Shown one piece after another: positions 1 through 9,553 of a stretch of DNA of 24,000 nucleotides. Numbering within the stretch: position 1 is the first letter of the stretch; each line of letters starts with the position of its first letter. The position numbers and the translations under genes are program-made. The notes beneath the pieces are model-generated. The model was not told the DNA's origin, did not search any database, and worked only from the letters and a program-made list of their open reading frames with translations. Origin of the DNA: Dietzia sp. ANT_WB102 (GTDB taxonomy: Bacteria > Actinomycetota > Actinomycetes > Mycobacteriales > Mycobacteriaceae); contig NZ_VOBA01000001.1 of NCBI RefSeq assembly GCF_008369165.1, positions 1,147,630 through 1,171,629 of the forward strand, written 5' to 3'.

Positions 1-76
1 TCTCCACCGGAATGGTCACCGCCAGAAAGTAGACGGGCAGCCTCGTCGCGCGGGCCAGAGGGCTGTCGTAGCCCAT
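1..76 (-). CDS. 5' end of an unidentified gene running off the left edge (partial)
   Basis: This ORF is missing from the track because it is open at the window edge. The reverse complement of 1..76 reads ATG GGC TAC GAC AGC CCT CTG GCC CGC GCG ACG AGG CTG CCC GTC TAC TTT CTG GCG GTG ACC ATT CCG GTG GAG, which translates to MGYDSPLARATRLPVYFLAVTIPVE. G/C occupies 22 of 25 third positions, whereas the in-frame stretch upstream of the ATG has only about half. With 25 codons and no clear SD, the product cannot be assigned. Confidence 0.3.
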   Translation of the reverse strand, partial: MGYDSPLARATRLPVYFLAVTIPVE

Positions 77-236
77 GGCTCTACCTGCTGCTTTCCGCAG
101 CCGACGGAACCGAGGAAGGGAAGGGCACGTCGGGCATGAGGCCTGCCTGTGGGTTTGAGGGGCGGCGAGTGGGGACGGGATCGCCGGAGAACAAGAGCGT
201 ACTCAGGTAAAGCGACGTCCGCGCCAAGGATGTCGA

Positions 237-257
237 CCTGAGCGGAATAGACTCAAG
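237..257. promoter_or_regulatory. HspR operator (HAIR-type inverted repeat) upstream of clpB
   Basis: The sequence CCTGAGC-GGAATAG-ACTCAAG was compared with the published HAIR consensus CTTGAGT-N7-ACTCAAG. The right arm matches 7/7, the left arm 5/7, and the N7 spacing is exact. It lies about 90 nt upstream of the clpB ATG, and clpB is a classical HspR-regulon member in actinobacteria. Confidence 0.55.
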
Positions 258-270
258 GTTGCGGCGGTTG
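244..270 (+). promoter_or_regulatory. Possible SigH/ECF-type heat/oxidative-stress promoter of clpB (GGAAT ... GGTTG)
   Basis: GGAATA at 244-249 is followed 18 nt after GGAAT by GTT at 267-269. This resembles the actinobacterial SigH pattern GGAA(T/C)-N16-19-(C/T)GTT. The -35 element sits inside the HAIR spacer. This is pattern matching only, and no TSS is known. Confidence 0.3.
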
Positions 271-347
271 TACGGGATGTCCGTTGCGCACAGTGCCGGT
301 TATTGATTCCAGTACGCTCAACCATACGTCGAAGAAAGGACCGGTCG

Positions 348-2900
<2,553 letters not shown>

Positions 2901-2939
2901 TGCACGGCTGACGCGCCGCTGACGCGCTCGGCGTCTGAC

Positions 2940-2972
2940 GGGCCCGACCACCCGGGGATGGTGGTCGGGCCC
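2940..2972 (+). terminator. Rho-independent-type hairpin after clpB
   Basis: A perfect 13-bp stem, GGGCCCGACCACC / GGTGGTCGGGCCC, encloses a 7-nt loop (CGGGGAT). It starts 40 nt after the clpB stop. No strong U-tract follows, which is common in high-GC actinobacteria. Confidence 0.7.
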
Positions 2973-3099
2973 GTCTCGTCGTGTCTGCTGACTATCGGCC
3001 TGTTTGGGCCGTGAAAGGCGTGGTTTCACGGAGCCTGTCAACTCAACGAGGGCGCGAACCTGTCACACAGACGGGAGGAAACCGCACTGCGAGGCTGGA

Positions 3100-3115
3100 T
3101 GTGACGTAAATCACA
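3100..3115. promoter_or_regulatory. Perfect CRP/GlxR-family binding-site palindrome
   Basis: TGTGACGTAAATCACA equals TGTGA-N6-TCACA and also fits the C. glutamicum GlxR form TGTGANNTANNTCACA exactly. It lies in the gene-free gap 2901..3619. A TANNNT-type hexamer, TATTTT (3121-3126), follows 5 nt downstream. Confidence 0.5.
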
Positions 3116-3619
3116 CAGACTATTTTCGGGGTGTCGCGGTGCTCGCGGGGGCAGTCCGAGGACGGTATCCGACCCCGGGGCTAGCCCCCTCAACGGCCCG
3201 CGGTCCGGCGCGCGGGTGGGGTTGGAGACCCCAGTGGGTGTCGCGGCGTGGGTCTTCCCGGGGGGGCCAACGCGGCCATCGGTGCAGGTAGAAGAGTTGT
3301 GGGTTTTCGGGTCTCAGGGTGACGCGAACGGCGATTGAAATTCGAACAAAAAACTGGGTTTACCGGACGAAAAATAGGCCAAAAGAGCGCATCGAACCGC
3401 GGCGATTGCCCATGTAAATCGTCGGTCCAAAACCCGTAAATAGGACACTTGACCTGCGGAAACTCCCGTGGTGGTCTTGAGTGGTGCGAGCACCCGACTC
3501 GCGACCCGGACCTACCCGAGGAGTCTCAGTGACCACGCGCAGGAGTTCGAACATCGTTCCCTCCCGGGACCTCCTCACCGCCGGACTTAGCGACCGCGAT
3601 CCCCGAAAGGCGGCCAGGC

Positions 3620-4558
3620 ATGACCGAACCCCAGAACCCCGAACCCCAGAACCCCGACCACGGTGACCCGATTCCCACCCGGGGCACCGCGGCCGTGGGT
3701 GGACCGACCGACGGAGACGTTCACGGAGGAATCCCGGCTGTATTCACGAAGGCTCTGCTCTTCGAGGACCAGGACCGGGGCCTGGACTACGCCCAGGGGT
3801 CGGTTGAGCAGCTGACCCTGGGCCTGTCCGTCTGGCTCACGGACATCGCATCGGACGGGTCCGGTCGCGGCCAGGACGCCTCCGATCGGGCCCGCTTGCT
3901 GGGGCGGATGGTCGATCAGCTCCTCACCATGAGCACCCTGGTTGAACTCTCCCTGCGCCAGCGACTGGAGGAGGGGGACCCGACCACCGCATGGATCCTG
4001 CTCGAGCAGGCCCGCCAGCAACTCGGCTGGGCTGCCCGCACTGCCGGTGCACTGAGGCGGGCAGTGGCCGCGAAGGCGGGCCTAGCGTCTGCCCCGGGGG
4101 ATGCCTCGGACGCCGACGCGGTGTTCCCGGGCGAGGAGCCGCCGGCGGCCCTCGTCCTGGAATACCTCCTCCAGCGGGACCTCATCCCGCGCCCGGAGTA
4201 CGCGGGGGAGCTGATGGACATGGGTGAGGGCGTCGGAGTAATCCCTGATCCGCGCCCGGAGACGCCGCTCGAACTGGTGCCGCTGCAGATGCTCTCCGCC
4301 ACTGCAATGCAGTGCGGGTCGGTTATCGCCGACGCGATGCCGCGCACTCTCGTGGACCGGATGGCGTACGGCACCTATGTGGCCAGACTGGTCGACGAGG
4401 CGGCGGAGCTCCTTCGCGAGCATGGCCGCGCGACCGTTCAGCGCCGGCTCCAGCGCCTCGCCGACGTCGCGCAGGAAGCCGCCGACATCGTGTGGCAGCT
4501 GACCCCGGGGCCGCTGGAGGTGTTCCCGCCGCGCGAGGGCGGGCCCGCAGCCGCCTGA
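3620..4558 (+). CDS. Hypothetical protein, acidic, no recognised domain (312 aa)
   Basis: The ATG is preceded by GAAAGG at 3605-3610. Third-position GC is high throughout, and this is the longest ORF at this locus. The N-terminus has a (EPQNP)x2 repeat, and the remainder looks helical and soluble. I found no recognisable motifs. Confidence 0.65.
   Translation: MTEPQNPEPQNPDHGDPIPTRGTAAVGGPTDGDVHGGIPAVFTKALLFEDQDRGLDYAQGSVEQLTLGLSVWLTDIASDGSGRGQDASDRARLLGRMVDQLLTMSTLVELSLRQRLEEGDPTTAWILLEQARQQLGWAARTAGALRRAVAAKAGLASAPGDASDADAVFPGEEPPAALVLEYLLQRDLIPRPEYAGELMDMGEGVGVIPDPRPETPLELVPLQMLSATAMQCGSVIADAMPRTLVDRMAYGTYVARLVDEAAELLREHGRATVQRRLQRLADVAQEAADIVWQLTPGPLEVFPPREGGPAAA
3626..3655 (+). repeat. 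Perfect 15-bp tandem duplication (GAACCCCAGAACCCC x2), i.e. four GAACCCC heptamers, inside the 5' end of the 3620 CDS
   Basis: Read directly: 3626-3640 is identical to 3641-3655. The repeat encodes EPQNP-EPQNP. Confidence 0.9.
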
Positions 4559-4647
4559 ACCGCCGCGCGGGCGTCGGCTGGCCGGCAGCGGTGTGCGCAG
4601 TCACCAGGGCTTCGGCGTCCGCGTGAAGCCGGTCACCGCGGGACAAA

Positions 4648-5568
4648 GTGGAAGGGACCCTTCGCCGTCGTAAGGACTATCCTGGGCATGTGACCAGAGA
4701 CCCCGCCACTGACACCCAGGTCCGTCCCCTCCTCGTCACGGCCCGCGAGCTGATCGAGGACGTCGCCACCCTGCCGACCCCCGTCATCCTGGACGTGCGG
4801 TGGCAGCTCGGTGACACCCGTGGGCGGGAGCACTACTGGTCCGGTCACATCCCCGGCGCGCAGTACATGGACCTGCCCGGCGACCTCGCGGGCCAGCGCA
4901 ACGTCCGCGAGGGGCGCCACCCACTCCCGTCGCCCGATGATTTCCAGAGCGCACTGCGCCGGGTCGGTATCGACGACGACAGCCGCGTGGTGATCTACGA
5001 CGACTGCGGTAACACCTCCGCCGCACGCGCCTGGTGGCTCATGCGCTGGGCGGGCAAGAAGGACGTCTACCTGCTCGACGGTGGCCTCAAGGCGTGGATC
5101 GCGGAGGGGGAGGACCTGGCGGTGGGGCCCGGTAACCCGGTCACGCGCGGAGACTTCACCTTCGACCTGGACCACATGCACACTGTCGGCATCGACGACG
5201 CCGCGACGTGGCCCGAGCGGGGCGTGCTCATCGACGCCCGCACGCCGGAGCGCTACGAGGGCAGCACGGAGCCAATGGACTCGCGCGCCGGCCACATTCC
5301 GGGCGCTGTGAACATGCCCACCGGGAACTTCCTCGACGAGACCGGCCACTTCCTGCCGTCCGACCAGATCCGCCGGATGTTCGCCGACGTGGGCGTGACC
5401 GATGGTGCGGACGCGGTCGTCTACTGCGGTTCGGGCATCCATGCCTGTCATACGCTGGCGGCGATGGAGGTCGCAGGCATGGAGGCCGGCCGGTTGTTCC
5501 CGGGTTCGTGGTCGCAGTGGTCTGCGGACCGGAAGCGGCCGGTCGCGCTCGGCGATCAGCCCCGCTAG
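4648..5568 (+). CDS. sseA: Two-domain rhodanese sulfurtransferase (3-mercaptopyruvate/thiosulfate sulfurtransferase, SseA-like)
   Basis: The protein has tandem rhodanese domains. The active-site loop CGSGIHAC is of the CG[ST]G (mercaptopyruvate sulfurtransferase-like) type rather than CRxGxR. Motifs HIPGA (twice) and PGSWSQW are present. The start may be GTG 4648 or the in-frame GTG 4690, which has AAGGAC upstream. As I recall, a rhodanese occupies the equivalent position between clpB and pyrE in C. glutamicum. Confidence 0.9.
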   Translation: MEGTLRRRKDYPGHVTRDPATDTQVRPLLVTARELIEDVATLPTPVILDVRWQLGDTRGREHYWSGHIPGAQYMDLPGDLAGQRNVREGRHPLPSPDDFQSALRRVGIDDDSRVVIYDDCGNTSAARAWWLMRWAGKKDVYLLDGGLKAWIAEGEDLAVGPGNPVTRGDFTFDLDHMHTVGIDDAATWPERGVLIDARTPERYEGSTEPMDSRAGHIPGAVNMPTGNFLDETGHFLPSDQIRRMFADVGVTDGADAVVYCGSGIHACHTLAAMEVAGMEAGRLFPGSWSQWSADRKRPVALGDQPR

Positions 5569-5670
5569 CTGCACCCCGGGCTGCGGACGCCCGCCCTGCC
5601 GGCCCGTCTCGCACCCACGCGCCGTGGCGCCTGACCGGCCAGACCGCTGGCGCTGACTACCCTCGAGGGC

Positions 5671-7833
5671 ATGGTCTGGATCAGTTTCCTCGTGGCTCTC
5701 GTGCTGCTCGTCGCGGCGATCGTCCTGCTGCGCCTCGACGCAAAGCAGCGCGGTGGCGGCGTGCGCCGTCGCGATGCCCGGCATGACGGCGCCGCCCAGG
5801 GGAGACGATCGGGGGCCGTCGGCGCCCCGCCGGTCGGAGAACTGCCGAGCGACGACGACGAAGACCCCCTCTCCGCCGCTCCGGCGGACGAGGCCGAGCA
5901 GGGGGCCGGAGCCGCCAGCGGTGGGTCGGAACCCCGTCTCGCGCCGTTCCAGTTGCCCGCGGACCCGCACATCGACACCCCGGCGGCCGCGGGGATCGAG
6001 GAGCCGAAGGAGAGCGACGAGCCGGAGCCGGACGCCGCGACCGATCCTGCCCCCGCTGCAGACGCCGACGCTGACGGCGACGCAGACCTGCGCGCCGTGG
6101 CCGATCACCCCGAGCCCGCTCCGCTCGACCAGGACGAGCCCGCTCCGCTCGACCCGACGGAGCCGACGGGGTCGACGGTAGAGTCCTCGCCGCGACTTCT
6201 CGACCGGGTACGGGCCCTACTCCCCGCACGGCGGCGGCGTGGTGCCGCGCCCGAGCCGGTCGAGGAGACCCCCGTGGACCCGCTGGCGGGTTCGCCTGTC
6301 GTGCGCTGGCTGGAGGACCGAGAGTTCGCGCCCACCCCCACGCCGGCGCCGGAGTTCATGCACGGCGATTTTGCGGGCGGGCTCAGCGCCCTGGGCACGG
6401 TCTCCCACGGCGTGTTCCGCGGCCGACGGGCAATCATGGGCGTCACCGGCGGGCGCACGGTGATCGCGCTGCGCCGCGACACGGCCTCCGACGTGGTACT
6501 CGACCTGAGCCGCCCGGACATCGACGCCGAACCCGGTTTCCACGACGCCGGCGAGATCGGCGCGCTGGAGGCCCGGACCTCCGACTACGGTCGCCTCGAC
6601 CTCATCGATCGCGGCCGACTGGTCGACGCCGTGGGTGACGTGCCTGCCGGGGTGCGCCGCATCTGGGCCGAAGGCGAGTGGGTCGCGGCGACGATCGACG
6701 GCGTCGACGACCCCTCCAGCTGGGACGACGTCGTGGTGGCGCTGCACGGTGCGGCCGATGTGCTGGCCCCGTTCCCGCCGATCGGGGGACGGGCTCGCGC
6801 GCTGCCCGTGGAGATCGACCCGGGTGCGCCAGGTGCCGCGGCGGGACCCGAGGCCGACCCCACCGTCGGGATGGATGGCGAGGTCGGCACCGGGACTCAC
6901 GGCGACCCGTCCACTGCAGGGCTGCCCGATCCGGAGGACTTTGCCGTCGTCGACGACGAGGGCGCCGCTCCCACAGCCGACAACGTCATCGTCGGGGCCA
7001 CCGACGAGCTCTCGGACGAGCCCTCCGGCGAGGACACCACACCGTCGGCGCTCGAACCCCGGCGGGCTGGGCACCTCCGTCTGGTGCCCGAGCGCAAGGG
7101 CGTTCGCGATCTGACCGACGCTCCCGTCGTGGCCGATCGCGGCGATGTCTCGGGCACGGCCGCCGAGCCCACCGCCGAGGACACGGATGCCACGGAGGAT
7201 GTCGGGGAGCCCATCGTCGAGGAACCCGATCCTTTCGCGCAGATCATGGAACCGTCGGGCCCGGTCCCGGCTCGCGGTGATGTCGCGGCCGACCACCTGG
7301 CGCCGAGGCCCCCACTGTCGCGACCGACACGCGGTATCGGGCAGGCCTATCCCGAGGACGCCTCTGTCCCGCCGCTCGCCGCCGGCGCGACGACCGGCGG
7401 CGCCGGCATCAAACCGCTCGGCTCAGAGGACGACGAGGACGAGATACGTGACGAGGTGGCGCGCTTTGACGCCGCCCGCATCGACGGCGGCTCGGACCTC
7501 GAGCGGACCCCGGGCGGCCGTCACGGCTCCGAGACTGCAGAGGAAGGTTCGGAGGGCGACACAGGCCGACTCACGGTTGCGGACCTCGCAGCCAAGGTGG
7601 GCGCGACGCCGTCGAGTGGTCGGCGTCATCGGCGACGCGCGGATCCCGATGAGCAGACCGATGGCCAGGTCGATGAGCAGTCCGACGTCGAACCTGACGG
7701 TGAGCCAGGGGATGCCTCCGGCGCCGACAACACCGGGGCCGGGGGAGCGGTCGCTGGCCGCGAGCGTCCCGGCGTCGACCCGGACGTGGAGCAGACCGCC
7801 CGCCTCCAGCTCCCCCCTGATATCCGGGACTGA
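5671..7833 (+). CDS. Membrane-anchored, extremely acidic Asp/Glu/Ala/Pro-rich low-complexity protein (720 aa), function unknown
   Basis: The ATG follows GAGGG. There is one N-terminal TM helix (VWISFLVALVLLVAAIVLLRL). Long D/E/P/A-rich stretches flank a more ordinary segment at about aa 200-370 (VVRWLEDREF...VVALHGAADVLAPFPP). Third-position GC is high across the whole frame, and the antisense ORFs are shadows. Confidence 0.75.
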   Translation: MVWISFLVALVLLVAAIVLLRLDAKQRGGGVRRRDARHDGAAQGRRSGAVGAPPVGELPSDDDEDPLSAAPADEAEQGAGAASGGSEPRLAPFQLPADPHIDTPAAAGIEEPKESDEPEPDAATDPAPAADADADGDADLRAVADHPEPAPLDQDEPAPLDPTEPTGSTVESSPRLLDRVRALLPARRRRGAAPEPVEETPVDPLAGSPVVRWLEDREFAPTPTPAPEFMHGDFAGGLSALGTVSHGVFRGRRAIMGVTGGRTVIALRRDTASDVVLDLSRPDIDAEPGFHDAGEIGALEARTSDYGRLDLIDRGRLVDAVGDVPAGVRRIWAEGEWVAATIDGVDDPSSWDDVVVALHGAADVLAPFPPIGGRARALPVEIDPGAPGAAAGPEADPTVGMDGEVGTGTHGDPSTAGLPDPEDFAVVDDEGAAPTADNVIVGATDELSDEPSGEDTTPSALEPRRAGHLRLVPERKGVRDLTDAPVVADRGDVSGTAAEPTAEDTDATEDVGEPIVEEPDPFAQIMEPSGPVPARGDVAADHLAPRPPLSRPTRGIGQAYPEDASVPPLAAGATTGGAGIKPLGSEDDEDEIRDEVARFDAARIDGGSDLERTPGGRHGSETAEEGSEGDTGRLTVADLAAKVGATPSSGRRHRRRADPDEQTDGQVDEQSDVEPDGEPGDASGADNTGAGGAVAGRERPGVDPDVEQTARLQLPPDIRD
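6112..6154 (+). repeat. 19-bp perfect direct repeat with 24-bp period inside the acidic-protein CDS
   Basis: GAGCCCGCTCCGCTCGACC occurs at 6112-6130 and again at 6136-6154. It encodes EPAPLDQD / EPAPLDPT. Confidence 0.9.
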
Positions 7834-7840
7834 CTGCTCA

Positions 7841-7887
7841 CGCAGAAGGGCCCGACCGCGCTGACTGCGCGGTCGGGCCCTTCTGCG
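7841..7887. terminator. Bidirectional hairpin terminator between convergent genes
   Basis: A perfect 20-bp stem, CGCAGAAGGGCCCGACCGCG / CGCGGTCGGGCCCTTCTGCG, encloses a 7-nt loop. It lies between the stop at 7833 (+) and the stop at 7902 (-). Confidence 0.75.
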
Positions 7888-7901
7888 TGATGCGAGGTGA
7901 C

Positions 7902-9095
7902 TCAGCTGGCGGAGCTCAGTAGTCCCGTGACGGTCGGGCTGGAGAGCGGCGCGAGGTCGTAACCAGCGGATCCGGACAGGCTCGAGGTGAGCGAGCCAGC
8001 AATCGCAGAATCGATCGGATCGACCAGGGAACCGATCCCCACTGAGCCGGAGTCCAGCGAGCCACTACCGTCGGGCGCCTCGCCGGAGCCGGTGCCGGTG
8101 ACGATGATTGGCGCCGCGGCTGCCGTCCTGCCGGACCAGCTATCCCCGACCTCGTCTGTGGTCTCGACGATCTCGGCCGTGTAGCGGTACACCTTGTTTG
8201 TCGGTGCACGCGTCACCTCGTCCTCGATCGTCACAGAGTTGCCGGTCTCCGGAACCTCGATTTCATCGATCTCCTCGCCGTCGCGGAGGATCCGGATCTT
8301 GGTCCCTTCCGGCAGGTCCTTCGCGGGCCGCTCGAACGAGGTCACCACGCTCACGGGCGCCGTCGTCTCCCCGAGGGTTCCCACCTGCGCCTTCACAGTC
8401 AGATCGGTCTCCCACTCGAACGGGACCCAGGGCTCGTCGCTGACGGTGGTGGAGGTGAGGGTGTCCAGCCCATCCGGGTTGGTCGGCGTGCACGTGACGG
8501 CGGTGCCCGTGTTGCTGGTCCCACGGGTGTAAAGGAACTGCCCGAGATCGAAGGTGATCTCCGTGTCCGACGTGCTCGGGGCACGCATCGTGAAGGTGAC
8601 CTCGGGCAGCCGGAACACAGCACTGCTCGTCTTGGCCAAGCCCGAGTTCGTCGATGTGCCGTTCTGGGGCGATGTACCTCCCCACAACCGGACGGTGGTG
8701 GGATCCAGGGCGGTCAGTTGAGCCGTTCCGGAGTTGAAACCGGCCGCCTGGCCCGAGATCTCATACGACAGGTAGTCCGCGTTTTCGGGGACCGTGATGT
8801 CGTAGGTGACCCGGCCCGTCCTCGTCTGGTTGGGCTTCATCTCTCCCGGGTGGATCGACACGGAGAAGAACTCTCCGGGCGCGACGGTCTCGGGGTAGGA
8901 GACCTCGACCTCGTTGACCCAGGCCCCCTGCGCGCCGATGTTCTGCGCGGCGTCAGGAGTGCAGGTGTAGGAGACGGCAACCGGCGACGGGCCTGTCGGG
9001 GTTTCCTGCGCGATCGCGGTGGGGGCGAGAGCGACAGTGGCGGCCAGTGGCATCGCGGCACTGGCCACGATCGCCGCAGCGCGTTTCAACAACAT
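7902..9095 (-). CDS. Secreted protein of unknown function (397 aa) with Gly/Ser/Leu-rich C-terminal tail
   Basis: The ATG is preceded by AAAAGGA. The Sec signal peptide is MLLKRAAAIVASAAMPLAATVALAPTAIA|QE. The protein has two Cys (YTCTP, VTCTP) and a beta-rich look. The tail is GSGSLDSGSVGIGSL...GSLTSSLSGSAG...LLSSAS. There is no lipobox, no LPXTG, and no domain I recognise. Confidence 0.85.
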   Translation of the reverse strand: MLLKRAAAIVASAAMPLAATVALAPTAIAQETPTGPSPVAVSYTCTPDAAQNIGAQGAWVNEVEVSYPETVAPGEFFSVSIHPGEMKPNQTRTGRVTYDITVPENADYLSYEISGQAAGFNSGTAQLTALDPTTVRLWGGTSPQNGTSTNSGLAKTSSAVFRLPEVTFTMRAPSTSDTEITFDLGQFLYTRGTSNTGTAVTCTPTNPDGLDTLTSTTVSDEPWVPFEWETDLTVKAQVGTLGETTAPVSVVTSFERPAKDLPEGTKIRILRDGEEIDEIEVPETGNSVTIEDEVTRAPTNKVYRYTAEIVETTDEVGDSWSGRTAAAAPIIVTGTGSGEAPDGSGSLDSGSVGIGSLVDPIDSAIAGSLTSSLSGSAGYDLAPLSSPTVTGLLSSAS

Positions 9096-9375
9096 TGGAC
9101 GTCCTTTTCTCGAGGGATCCGCCGGAGCCGCCCCATAAACAGACGATTATGTGAGGTCGAGCCCGGGCGGGAGGCTGGCGGCCTGGCGGCCTCCGTTGCA
9201 CGTAGCGTTCGAAGTGTGACACAGATTACTCAGGCGCATCACGGATTTGTTACACCGAAATGGACGCGGTGTCATTTTGGGGCGATTCTGGCGTCGGGCG
9301 CATCGGCGAGATCTATTGACTGGTGAGTGGGTTTTTCGTCTAGCGGAGCCGTACGAGTTGCCAACGGGAAGGGAG

Positions 9376-9425
9376 GTGTTTTTGTTTACAGAGGTTTATA
9401 AAGTTATGGGAATGAGACAGTAAAG
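9376..9425. promoter_or_regulatory. AT-rich island in the 458-bp divergent intergenic region; candidate -10 (TAAAGT 9399-9404) for the paralog cluster
   Basis: The stretch GGTGTTTTTGTTTACAGAGGTTTATAAAGTTATGGGAATGAGACAGTAAAG is far below the local GC content. It contains the palindrome TTTATAAA and a TANNNT hexamer. No experimental support exists, and the direction and exact role are uncertain. Confidence 0.3.
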
Positions 9426-9553
9426 GGCAGGCCATCCATGTGTGCTGTGCCACAGTCGTGGGGACTATCGATCTGGGTGGAAGACCGGCCTCCTGCTGGC
9501 GGCCCGGAATTCCACTTCTTCCGGATTTAAGCCAACCCTAAGGAGAACGATCC

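Noticed and set aside
187-207. Possible third HAIR element around ACTCAGG (201-207)
   Set aside because: The required left arm 7 nt upstream (GAGAACA) does not resemble CTTGAGT, so only a half-site is present.
3063-3120. 10-bp direct repeat TCACACAGAC (3063-3072 and 3111-3120) and 11-bp repeat GGGTGTCGCGG (3129-3139 and 3236-3246)
   Set aside because: Exact repeats of 10-11 bp are expected by chance many times in 24 kb of biased composition. The TCACA part is already accounted for by the CRP-type site and half-site.
3160-3235. C-rich loops (ACCCCGGGG, AGCCCCCTCA) reminiscent of the actinobacterial 6C RNA
   Set aside because: I cannot reconstruct the two conserved C-rich hairpins convincingly by eye. 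A covariance-model scan is needed before this can be claimed.
3335-3560. TTCGAA-containing stretches (3338-3350 and 3543-3555) that superficially resemble tRNA T-loops
   Set aside because: No flanking T-stem, acceptor stem or anticodon arm can be drawn, so no tRNA is supported anywhere in the window.
3004-3666. Small ORFs in the post-clpB gap (95 aa +, 72 aa -, 61 aa +)
   Set aside because: They are Arg-rich, lack an SD, and show only mediocre third-position GC. The 61-aa ORF overlaps the better-supported 3620 CDS out of frame.
4633-6108. 491-aa minus-strand ORF spanning the rhodanese gene and the 5' part of the acidic-protein gene
   Set aside because: The translation is Arg/Gly-rich nonsense. 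It crosses an intergenic region and overlaps a confidently identified rhodanese on the other strand.
6217-7296. 359-aa minus-strand ORF inside the acidic-protein gene
   Set aside because: It has no motifs and no SD. The plus-strand frame has the TM anchor, a proper start context and high GC3 over 2.1 kb.
9215-9230. Second CRP-like sequence TGTGACACAGATTACT in the 9.1-9.5 kb intergenic region
   Set aside because: The right arm matches only 3/5 (TTACT versus TCACA), which is too weak to call without binding data.
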